This document shows positions 44,847 through 56,240 of a DNA stretch of 64,000 nt, one piece after another. Numbering within the stretch: position 1 is the first letter of the stretch; the number at the start of each line of letters is the position of its first letter. This stretch comes from Rhizaria sp. SCN 62-66. Taxonomy: Eukaryota. The stretch is taken from contig MEDY01000012.1 in the NCBI GenBank assembly GCA_001724265.1, positions 1 through 64,000 of the forward strand, in the 5' to 3' direction. Both the position numbers and the translations under genes were made by a program. The notes below the pieces were generated by a model. That model saw only the letters and a program-made list of their open reading frames with translations, made no database searches and was not told the origin of the DNA.

Positions 44847-47800
44847 TCACTTGGGCACACGTCCCGCGAGCACGAGCTGCTCCCTCAGCGAGCCGACCCC
44901 GCCGAGGCTGGCGCCGAGCCCGCTCCTCTTGCCGCCGCCCTGCACCCCGGCGCCGGCACCAGCGGCGCCAGGGCTCACGCCCGCGCTGAACACGTCGCCG
45001 TGCGCGCCCGCAGCGGGGATGGCGCCGGGCGTGTGCACGAGACTGGGCCCCGGGACGCCCGCGAGGCGGCCCAGCCGCACCGCCGCGCGCGGCGACTGCG
45101 AGCGCACGTACGCCAGCCCCGCACCCAGCCCGCCAGCGCCAGCGCCAGCGCCGGGAGTGCCCACGGCGCCGGCTCCAACCGAGGCCGCGGCGTCGGCGGA
45201 CGCGGCCGCGGCCAGGCCCTCGGGGGACAGCGGTGCGGGCGCGGCCGCGGGGGCCGAGGCGAAGGCGGGCGCGAGCAGCGACGCCGACGAAAGCACGCCC
45301 GCGCTGCCGCCTGAATGCGAGTGGCTCAGCCCGCTGCCGCTCGCCGCAGCCGCGGCCGCAGCGCCAGCGCCGCCGGCGTTCGCGGCGGCGTTGGCGGAGG
45401 CAAGGCCGCCAGAGGGGATGAAGAAGCCGCGCGAGGGGTTGAGAGAGCCCACGTACTGCACTACGATCGGCCCCGCGCCCGCGCCGGCCCCCACCCCGGC
45501 CATAGTGGCGCCGGCGTGGTACCCGCCCGCGGGCGTCAAGGGCCGCGCGAGGGAAGGCGCGGGCTCGCCCTCCGGCGGCACGTAGGCCACCGGCGGCGGC
45601 GACTCGGGCTTACCGGGGACGACATTAAGCAGCATCAGCGACGCGTCGTTGTCGTCGTCGTCCACGTCGTCGCCAAGAGGGTGGTTACCGCTGCCGTTGC
45701 CGGCACCGGCGCCCGCGAACTCGCCGTCCTCGTCATCGCTCTCGTCCTCGTCGAACAGGCGGCTGCCGCTGGTGACCGCGGCCACCGCGCTCGCAGTCGT
45801 CTGGTTCGCGGTGCCCGCGACGGACTGCTGCCGCGGCCGCTGCAGCGACGGCGCCGCGCCGAACGCGGTCGCGCGCCGGCTCCCCGCGCCCGCGTTGGCG
45901 TTGGCGTTGTTGTTGGTCCCGATGTTGGCGAGCACCGAGGTGGGGAAGAAGCTCGACGCGATGGACGCCATCGAAGGCAGCGCGCGCGCGCCGCCGCTGC
46001 TCTCGGCCGTCGCCGCCGCCGCGGCCGCCGCAGCCGCAGCGGTCACGGCGGCCGAGGGCACGACGCCCGAGATGTTCGATCCCGATGCGTTCGCAGCGCT
46101 GTCTCTGCCGCGGAGCTGGGGCGGGATGGCCATCGGCAGCGAGCGCGGGCCGAAGGCGCCCACTCCGGCCGCCGCGGCCGCTGCAGCCGCCGCGGCGGCG
46201 GAGCCGGGCCCGCCGTAGCCGCCGTACTGCTGCTGGTCGAGCGCGCCGGCGGCGGCGACGGGAAGCCCGTCGGGGCCGACCGCGGCGCCGTTGGCGGAGG
46301 CGCCGGCGAAGGGCGAGGACGTCGAGGACGCCGATGAGGACATGAAGATCATCGGCGCGACCGAGCGCATCTGGCGCGGACCGGACCCGGCGCCCGGGAC
46401 GCCGCCGCCGGAGCCCGCGCCACCGGGGGGGCTGGCGCTGACCGTTCCGCCCGTGCCCGCGATCGCCCCCGCGGCGACCGCGCCGGCGCTCAAGGTGGAG
46501 TGGAAGCGGTTCGAGGGCGAGTAGACGCCGGAGCCGTCGACGCTGCTGCTGCGTGCGCCCTCGACGAGCGTGCCGACGCCGCCCGCGGCCACAGCGGCAG
46601 CAGCCAGCGCGGCCGGGTTCGTGCCCATCGTGCGCGAGCGCCGCAGCCCGCCGTTGCTGCCTGTGTCGCTGCCGTTGCCGCTGCCGCCGCCGCCACCAGG
46701 GGAGCCGGAGCCGCCGGGGGAGCCGACGGCGCCCGCGAGGGCCCTGCTGACGCTTGAGGCGGAGGGCGGCATGAGCGCGAGCCCGTGTCCGCTGGCGTCC
46801 GAGACGGGCGTGTTGGCGCTGCTGCCGAGCTCGGAGCTGGACATCAGCCCCGTCTGCGCAGAGACGCCGCTGCCCGTGAAGCTGGGCTCGTATTGCGTCG
46901 CGCCCGTGCTCAGCCCCAGCGTGTTGAGCCCACCCCCGCCCTGGTCCAGGCCGTGGCCGATGCCGAGGCTGGCGCTCGCGCTGGGGCCCGCGGAGCTGCG
47001 CGCGGAGGGTCGCCGCTGCTGCACGCGTGCGTGGCTCAGCGGCGACGGCGCGTCGCGGTCATAATCGTCGTCGTTGTCGTCGTCATCGTCGACGTCCACG
47101 TCGCCCTGGTCGTCGTCGCCGCGGCGCCGCGTGTGCACGTGCGTGCGCGTCGTGCTAGGGGTGTCGTTGTTGCTGTCCGTGCCTGTGGCTGCGACGGCCG
47201 AGCTCACGCGCATCTGCCGCGTCGCGAACACCGTCCCCACCGCGCCCGCGCCGGAGCCGCCGACACTGACGCCGTCGCCGCTGCTGTTGGCGCCCGACTC
47301 GGTGACCGCGGCCGCCGCGGCGACGTCGTGCGTGTACGCGCCGTAGTCAATGCCGTCGTCGTCGCCCTCGTCATCTTCGTCGTCGTCGTTGCCGTAGTCG
47401 TCCTCGTTGTCACCGCGCGTGTTGTGCGCGCCGCCGCCGCCGTTGGCCGCGCGCGCACGCACCCGGGCCGCGCGTGCGCTCGCCACGGCCGCGGCGGAGG
47501 CTGCGGCGACCGCAGCGGCCGAGACAGAGGCCGCGCGCGCGGCGCGCCGGCTGCCGGGAGCGCGGCCGACGCTGCCGCCCGCTCTCGCGGCGCCGCTCAC
47601 GCCGTGCGCGTTGCTGTTGCTGTTGTGGGGCCGCGCGCTGCGGACGGACGAGAGGTCGGAGCCGTTGAGTGACAACGCGGGCTCGCCCGAGCTGAGGCTC
47701 ACGTTGGGCTCGAACGAGAAGACGGTGTCGATGCCCTCGCCGTCGCCCAGGTGGCCGCCGTGGCCACCCTGGCTGTGACCGTGCGAGTGCCCCCCCGAGC

Positions 47801-47984
47801 GGTGGCTGTGCGCGGGGTCCGCCGCGAAGGTGAAGCCCGCGCCGGCGCCGTAGCTGTCGTTGGGCAGCTCCAGCGTGTCGTCGTTCTCGCGCTCGCTGTC
47901 TTCGTCCTCGTCCTCGTCCTCGTTGGCGTTATTGTTATTGTTGTTGCGATTCGCGCCCTTGTTGCCGTCCGCGTTCACACCGCT

Positions 47985-48017
<33 letters not shown>

Positions 48018-49951
48018 GGTGTTGTTGTTGGCGCTGACGCTGGTGACGTTGAGCGAGGCGGGCAAAAACAGCGCCGGCCGCAGCGGCAGGTCCTCGTCCT
48101 CGTCTTCGTCGTCCAAGTCGCCTCTGCTGGCGCCGGCGCCGGCCACGGCCGCCGTCCCGCCGTGCGCAGCGCCGCCGCCCCTGCTGCCGGAGCCGCCCGT
48201 GCCGGTGCTGGTGTTGGAGGTGGCGTTCGACAGCGAGGGGATTCTACCGCGGCGCACGCCCGCGATGGCAGCGCTGACCACGGCGCTGCTCGTGTTGCTG
48301 CTGCTGTTGCTGCCGCCGCCGTGGGCCAGCGGCAGCGGCAGCGGCAGGGGCAGCGGCAGCGGGTGCGGCGTGAGCGTGCCGCTGGTGCACGCGCTCGTCG
48401 ACGCCGTCCCGGTCCCGGTCTCAGCGCCGGGCCCCGCGCCCGCAGCGCCGGCAGCATTAGCCGACCCAGAGCCGGAGCCGGAGCTTGAGCCAGAGCCTGA
48501 GGCTGAGCCTGAGCCGGAGGCGTGTGCGGCTGCGGCGGCGGGCGCGAGTGCGGGGACCGCGATGGTTACCGCAGTGCCGCCGCCGCGCGCGGGCGCCAGC
48601 AGGGCCGCGAGCACGGAGGCCGCGGCCACCGGCGACGGCTGCTGTGACAACGATTGCTGCTGCTGCTGTTGCTGCAAGGTCGCTAGAGAGACGCCTGACG
48701 CGGCCGACGCAGAGGCAGAAACAGCGGGAGCGTTGGAGCCAGAAGCAGCCGCAGAGGCGGAGGCTGACTGGAGTGCGGCCGCGAAGGCCGAGGAAGAGGC
48801 GGCGGTTGTGGCGGCGAATTTGTCGTGCAAACGCCACATGTGCTGGAGTCATTGTGACGTATTGAGACAAAATCAAGCAAAGATAACGTAATACAGAATG
48901 AAAAGAGTGATGAGTCATAAGCTAACTTTGGTTTAGTGCAACACAATTTGATTCATACTAAAGTTTGTAGTCGTATCAGAGTATGGTTATGGTTCTCGTC
49001 TTTGTTGCAGTCGGACGTATCACCGCAATTGAAGAAGAGTGCACGAACCTCAGTGTACTCGGCGATGGCCTGCTTGGTCATCGTACTGTGCGCCGTCACG
49101 CACGCCGCGGCCCACCGGCTCGCGACCGCGCTCGCGTCATCCGCAGTGTTGTGATCGCCACCGACACCATTGTGATTATTGTTGTTGTTGTTGTTGTTGT
49201 TGTTGTAGCCGTGAGAGGGCGAGGCGGGAAACATCGCGGTCGGCAGCCGCAGCGGCACCGTGACGCTCACAGCCCCACCGGCCTCGCCGCCGTTAGTGCG
49301 AGAACCAGCGGCACCAGCGGCAGCATGTGTCCCGTGCGCGCCGTGCGCACCATGTGTTCCGAGAGTGATAACGCGCGCCTCTTGTGTGGGCGCGGCGCTG
49401 AAGCCCGTGAGCAAGTACGGGGACACCACCGCGGCCGCGACGCCGCTCACGCCCGCAGCGGCGCCGCCAGCAGTGGCAGTGTGGCTGTGGGCGTGGCCGA
49501 GACAGAGGGCGCTGACTGAGGTTTGGCAGAGCAGGCACCGCAGCAGCAGCCAGCGCACCGCGCTCGCCGCCGCAGCGGAGCCGGAGACTGGGGCAAAATC
49601 GGCGAGCGCAGGCGCAGAGAGGTACGCTTCGTCGCAGGAGACGAGGTTCTCGTACTGCACCGTGAGCGAAGACAACCCGGCCAGGGTGACGAGGGAACCC
49701 GGGGGCACGGTGGCGGAGGCGACGCGGTAGTACGGGTTCGATGACGACGCGGAGAGGCTCCGGAAGGCTGCGGCGTGGTCGCGCAAAAGCGGCCACTGCG
49801 CGAGGTGTGCGGGACACGCGCCGTCAGCGTCTGCGGCGAGCCCCGGAAGCGAGGAGAGGGCGATGTTCTGGCATGGGCATGAGAAACGTACTGGGGGCGC
49901 GCGCGCGGGCGCGGTGGTCGCGGCGCCGGGGAGCCCCGCGGAGAACTGCAT
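44847..49951 (-). CDS. Low-complexity protein with an N-terminal Cys-rich domain, PRAS40/Lobe-like; exons 49951-49049 and 48842-44847
   Basis: ORFs 48953..49954 and 44847..48839 join through a phase-0 intron (AEYTE|HMWRL). N-terminal FSCPCQNIAL...LRCLLCQT, then short motifs VFSFE, RSLPMAIP and IASSFFP. Stop TGA. The gene model is firmer than the family call. Confidence 0.55.
48843..49048 (-). other. Intron in the PRAS40/Lobe-like gene
   Basis: GTTCGT...CTCCAG on the minus strand, AT-rich, frame-preserving. Confidence 0.75.
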
Positions 49952-50394
49952 CAAGCGCGCGGGGGTCGAAAAAGGCCGGGGCAGCGCGCTGGTGCGAGGA
50001 CAAAAGGAAAGAAGGCGGGAAAACTGCGCTAGAAGAGGGAGGTGGGGAGATATGAGGCATGTTGGAGCGACGTCAGCAACGTGAGATTGGAAGTGTTGGA
50101 TTGACGCGCCTGTTGATTATACACGCATTGCAATTAAAAAACCAAATAGTTATTACTAATAATGCATTAGATAACAAGGTTAGATGTTAATGAACAGTCG
50201 GCTGGTTCCGGAATACTTGATTTTAGTTTTCCACCACAACGGATCACCGGCGAATTTGCCACGAGGCAAAATCGAAGGGTCGGAGAGGTGGTGTCATTTT
50301 GATGACTAGATCGACCTCCAAATTCCGTCTAGGTGATCAACTTCGCCGAATTCGATTAAATCAAGAGAATTCATTCTTGTTCTCGTCGCCAGCA

Positions 50395-51869
50395 ATGTTG
50401 AAGTCGTTTCCCATGGCGGCGTTTGACTCGTCCTATTTCCCTCCTGCCTGGACGGCCTTTGCGCTCGCGTTCTCTATCTTCATCGCAGTGCGTTCTCTGC
50501 GCAAGAGCTCCCTCAACAAGAGCGGTGCCCTCGCAGGTACGAAACATCTTCTTAAATACGCCACGCATGGTATATTTTGTATCGTCTTTTAAGAAATGCG
50601 ATAAACCTTTGTTCCTCTTTTCGTGTCGCGCCTTGCAAAGTCAACGGATCTCACACTTTCCCATCTCTGTTGTCCTCCAATACCTCACTTTTTCAAATTG
50701 CAACTCAATTCGTTTTTTAATCATCAATAGCCTGCCTTGTCGGCCTTGTCACGATTGGCTCGCATATCATCTTCGGCGTCATCCTCCTGACCTTCTTCCT
50801 CTCCTCCTCGCGCATCACCAAGCTCGGCTCGCGCGCAAAGGCCGCTGTGTACGCCGACTACAAGCCCGGCGGCCAGCGCAACGCCGCGCAGGTTCTTGCC
50901 AACGGCGCCTGGGCCGTGCTCGCCTGCCTTGCGTGGACCGCAGTTGTGGGCTTCTCGCACGCACTCACCTGGCCTGTGCTCTCCGCTGCCGACTCCACCG
51001 CCACCGCTGCGGGCGCTGTGCTGCTGGCGTTCCTGGCGCTGCAGGCCGTGGTCGCGCACTTTGCCGCCTGCTGCGGCGACACCTGGGCCTCTGAGTTGGG
51101 CTCGGCGTTTGGCCCCGCGCGCCCGCGGCTGGTTCTGCCGCCGTTCCGCACAGTCCCCGCGGGCACCAACGGCGCCGTGTCGCTCGTCGGTTCCGCGGCC
51201 TCCGCGGCTGGCGGGCTTCTCGTCGGCCTCGTCGCCGCCGCCGCTATGCTGCTCGTGCCCTTCACGCCTGTCAACAGCGCCAGCGCCGTTGTCGCCACTG
51301 TGACTGCCAGTGCGACGAACGCATGTGCGACTGCGAGCGAGATTATGGGCGCTGCGCTGGTCTCGTGGTGCCACGCGCTCGGCCTCGTCGCCGCGCCCGC
51401 CGGCGCCGCGGGCGCCGTCTCCCTGACCGCAGCCCGGCTGCCGCTGGCGCTGGCGTGCGTCGCGACCGGGCTGCTTGCGGGGACCGTGGGCTCCGTCGTC
51501 GACTCGATCGCGGGCGCGGTGTTGCAGCTCTCGGCCGTCACCAAGGACGGCCGCGTCGTCGACGACAGGGCCGCAGCCGTCGCCGTCGCGGCAGGCGCTC
51601 CGAAGGCTGCTTCTGTGGAGCGTGTGTCGGGCTGGCACGTGCTCAACAACAACCAGGTCAACGTGCTGTCCGCGTTCGTGGTGACCGTGGGCGCAGTCCT
51701 GGCCTGGGGCCTCGCCATCGTCTCGTTCTCTGCCTCTGCCTCTGCCTCTGCTCCTGTCTTCACCGCCTTTGAGTCCATCTCGATGTTCGCGTCGGCGGAA
51801 ACCGTGGGCGCCGTCGTGGGCGTCGTGGCGGGCGCGCTGGTGCTTGTGATGGTACTGCTGAAGGACTGA
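50395..51869 (+). CDS. TMEM19: TMEM19 / DUF92 family multi-pass membrane protein; exons 50395-50536 and 50731-51869
   Basis: SLNKSGALAA, TFFLSSSRITK, GGQRNAAQVLANG, GDTWASELG, VPAGTNGAVSLVG, GSVVDSIAGAVLQ and LNNNQVNVLS are hallmark DUF92 motifs. Start at 50395 or 50413. Stop TGA. Confidence 0.92.
50537..50730 (+). other. Intron in TMEM19
   Basis: GTACGA...CAATAG, phase 1; removal restores GALA-A-CLVG. Confidence 0.9.
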
Positions 51870-52131
51870 GTGAGTGGCCCAACAAACACTGACCGACCGT
51901 GAACAGTCAACAGAGCATCAAAGCTTCGATCGATATAAGGGCCAAGTCACACGACAATACACTATTTAGTCAGTCCAATATTTTCAAATTGTACAATTTT
52001 GTTTGTTGTGGATTAAATCACTGTATTATATTATCATATCTTGATCTAAAACTTAAATGTTGATGAAAAAACAAGGGTTGTTACTCGCTGCTGCTGCAGC
52101 AGACGTCATCAGGAGCCTTCGAACGCAGTGC

Positions 52132-55100
52132 TTAATCGAGCTCAGGCTTGAACACGAAGGGCTTGAAGGCGTAACCATCGGCGTAGTAGAACTTGTTCTG
52201 GAACTCGACCCAGTGGAGACGCAGCGCGTGGAGGAAGCACTCGAGCGAGTCCATCATGATAATGACGCCGAGGGTGGCGCCCATCCAGGCGTAGGAGCCG
52301 ATGAAGGCGTAGAAGCCGCTGCCTTCGAGACCGATCTCGACCAAGAGCTTCTCCCAGAAGACTTCGGCGAGCTGGGCGTGCGCAAGCGAGAGCGCCCAGA
52401 GACGGAGGTACGAGGCGGTGTTGGAGACAGCACCGAGCACGAACTCGATCGTGTGGATGGCCTGGTGAATGAATGAGTCCGACAGCGAGTGGCCGTGGCC
52501 GTGGCCGGCCGCGTGCTCGCCGCCGTGCTCGGACGAGTCGCCGCCGTCCATGGAGCTGGACTGGCCGCGCTGGCTGGGCGAAAGCGAGACGCTGTGCTCG
52601 GCCACGGCGGACGCGCCCAGGCTCGCAAGCCCGGCGGGGTGGTGGTCGTCGTCCTCGTCGTGGCCCGCGGAGGGCGCGGCGGCGTTGCCGTGTGAGCCGC
52701 GCGTCGAGACGAGGTAGTCGTCGTCGGCGGGCGAGTGCAGCAGCCAGGTGAGCTTGCCCTGGCGCTTGAAGTGCTCGATGAGGGGCTTAGGGACGAGCAT
52801 GATGGGGATCGACACGAGCGCGATGATGACGAAAGCTGACTGCAGCAGGGCCTGGCCCTCGAAGAGCTGCTCGTCCTTGGGCACGGAGCCGGCCGAGAGG
52901 AACATGTCAATCGTGGTCTGGATGAGGTTGGGCGGGTTGGAGACGAGCCCGGGCACGTCGGCGGGGTTCCATCCCACGCGCCAGTCAGTGCACCACTTGA
53001 TAACGATCATGCAGCACATCCAGCCGAAGATGAGGAGCAGGAAGAGCATGCGCGGGATGAACTCGAAAACGATGGCGACGGTGTCGCGGAAGTAGAAGTG
53101 GTTCTTAAGCGAGAGGCACATACCGAAGGTCATGTGGATGACACCGATGATGATGGCCATCTTCATCTTAAGCGAGTTGAAGAACTTGAGGGAGTTCTTG
53201 TTGTGGTACCAGGCGGAGTCGACACCGAAGCTCTGGACCATACCGTTCCACGGCTTGAAGGCGACGGTGTCGGCGTTGTGGTTGATGAAGTTGGAGCCCT
53301 GGGCGTTGACGGGGATGGACATCATATCGTTGTAGATGATACCGATGTACGTGGCAAAGAGACCCATCAGGAAGATGATGTAGCGACCACTGAAGACCAT
53401 GTCGAGCATCTCGTTCATGGTGCCGGCCTTCTTCATCGCCAGCAGCGGCTTCTCGAAGATGAGGAACAGGAGGCCCGCGAGTGTGAGGATGACACCGTGG
53501 CCCATATCGCCGAACATGATGCCGAACAGGAAGGGGAAGGTGACGATGGTGAAAAGTCCGGGGTTAAACTCACGGTAACGCGGCATACCGTACGTGTTGA
53601 CGATCGACTGGAAGGACGCGGTGAACTTGTTGGTGAGCACGCTCGTCGGCGGCTTGACGCCTACGGGCGCGGGCGCGTTGGCGTCGAGCGCGGGGCGGCC
53701 GCCCATGCCCTCGGTGGCGCTGGCGAGCACGCGGGCGAGCTCGTCGACGGCGCGCGCGGGGCACCAGGCGGCAAGGAACACGAGCGTGGTGTGGAACTCG
53801 CACTTCATCAGCGTGTCGATCGTCTGGCGCTCGCGGAAGAGGAGCTGCTGCCACATGCGGAGAGTGCACAGCGACTGAGCCGCGGCGACCGACGACGACG
53901 AGCCGCCCATCGAGCGCAGCGACGAGGACGAGCCCGCGGCCGAGAAAGCGCCCTCGAGCGTGGCGTTGTCCTGCGGCGTAGCAAGGTCGGTGAGCACGCG
54001 GTGGATCGAGAGCGTGGTGCGCTCGAGCGCCTGGCGCTGCTCACGGATCTCGGCCTCGAGGCGGGACACCTCGCTGTTGATGATGTTGTCGTTGTGATCG
54101 GGCGGAAGCGCGTAGACGGTGGCGTTGACGAGCGGGCACAGCTTGTACACGCGGCGGTGCAGCTGGCGGCCGATAGTGACGACGCAGAAGACGGACTTGG
54201 CCACCGACTCGCCGGTCGCGGGGTCCACCATGGGCTCGGGCAGCTGCTCGAACTTCACGACGGCGTTGGCGCCACGCGAGATGCGGTAGATGACGCGCTG
54301 GAACACAGACTGGGTCTTGACGGGGATGACGCCGCAGATGTACGACGTGAGGCCCTCGCCGAGGCCGCCGGCGCCGTTGCCGCGCGCGTGCGAGAGGTCG
54401 TCGAGGCCGGCGCCGACGACGCCACCGTCAGAGTTGATCTGCATCGGCACGGCGCCGCGGGCGGCGTACTGCTCCAGACGGGCGTTGACCTCGTTCTCGT
54501 TGGCCGAGGCCGCGGCGGAGGCGGCGGGCAGCAAGCGAGTCGAGGCCAGGAGCACCTGGCGGAGCTCCTCGCGGCGCGCGATCTCGGTCTGGATCGTGCG
54601 CTCGAAGGCCATGTTGGACGTGAGCGTCGAGTCCATCTCGGTGGCAAACTCGGAGGCGCCGGTGATGATGTCGGGGTGGCGCGCGAGCGCGGCCTCGGAG
54701 TGCGGGCACAGAGGCTCGTCCCAGTCGATGTGGCCAATGGGGATGTTGCGCTTCGTGATCTGCTCCTCGACAGCGCGGAGCTTCTTCTCAGCGTCCGCGA
54801 TCTCACCCAGACGCTTCTTGTAGGCAAACTGCTGCTTAGAGACCTGGTGGCCGGCGAGATCCACGACGTGGAGACGGCCGAAGTCACCGATGGCACGCAG
54901 GGAAGGACCGACGAGCTCGTTGGGGATAGTGACGGTGACATACTGCATCACCTCGGAACGCTCGATGTCGAACTGCTCGGGGGCACCCGAACGGAACTCC
55001 TGTGTGATAAAAAGAAAGGGATAGCAAACATGGAATGCGTGAGAAACATGAGCGCAGGGGAGTAAGATACAAGGGGAGAATGCCTTAAGGAAAGAGTGGG

Positions 55101-55277
55101 GCGAGGGACGAAAGTGCGACGGTCGACGAGGTTGCTTGATCGTTGCTAAAGGCGTGCAAATGCTGACTGTTTAGGAGATGCGCAAATTGAAAAAGAAAGT
55201 AGAAGACGTACCATATCGTTATCGTGACCCAACTCAGAGTTGGAGGGTCCGAAATTGGGGGAAAGCTCGACAGACAT
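52132..55277 (-). CDS. V-type H+-ATPase V0 subunit a (Vph1/ATP6V0A family); exons 55277-55212 and 54999-52132
   Basis: RSEVMQY, TNKFTASFQSIVNTYG, FPFLFGIMFGDMGHG, NSLKMKMAII, VSNTASYLRLWALSLAH (essential Arg) and LHALRLHWVEFQNKFY. Stop TAA. Confidence 0.97.
55000..55211 (-). other. Intron in the V-ATPase subunit a gene
   Basis: GTACGT...CACAG on the minus strand, phase 0. Confidence 0.8.
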
Positions 55278-56240
55278 GGTGCTTTAGAGCCACACGCCTG
55301 AGGTGCCTGCGGTTGGGGGAAAGAAGGCGACGTCGTCAAAAAGCGTGGCATGGCCCACGAATCGTGAAAGGGGGTGAGAAATGACGCGGCGGAGAAAGAC
55401 CAACAGAAGGTGATGCATATAGGCATAAAAACGGCAAATGAAAGAAATTCGAGTAGGGTGGCCAGAACTCCTATTTTCTGGCTCATGGGCGTTGTCTTGC
55501 CCAATTAGGCAGGCTACGTGAATTCAGCGGACAAATACACACATGGCACACGCACTGATCGAAAACCCTGAAAGCAATGATATTTAAAACCACACCACCA
55601 ACAAGACAATAAACACACATTTGTTGCGTGCTCGACTTTATGGCAGTGTACTCAATCTTGCGTTGTCCCCAGTCTCTCTTCAAGCGATCGTCGGTCGAAG
55701 TTAGGTCCCCGGTCAGTCGGAGTGACTGTGAGCACTGATCACGGCCGGTCAGTCAGTCAGTCTTGTTTGGGACGAGTGGGGTTCTCTCTGGCGCCCTACC
55801 GTCATGACTCATTTTTGGCTGTAAGTTGGTTAAACCACAATGGGTAGAATTATAGTTTAAGGGCCCACATTAATTTTTAAAGTAATGTTTTGTGGTTCCT
55901 TATGGTCACTGTTGACGATCAATCTCTCTCGTTCTCAGTATAAATCCGAGTATGAGAAGTTTGCTTTCGGTCTTGTGTGCGGCACTCGAGTGCACCGCTA
56001 GCCATGACCTCTTGTCTCCCTATACCTCTATAGACCCGGATATACGCACCATCTCACCATTTTGCTGCTTATAATTCCTCCTTCTCCATCTTCAGCGTCT
56101 TTCCGACACTACACACGCTCGCTTTCCCCATCTTCCAGTCGCCCAGCCTCGGCTACCGCCACAGCCGCCACGCCACTCCCGCCGCCGTCCTCTTTGACCC
56201 TCGCGGGGACTTCCGCGCTCTGCCGCCTTGCCCACGCGCT

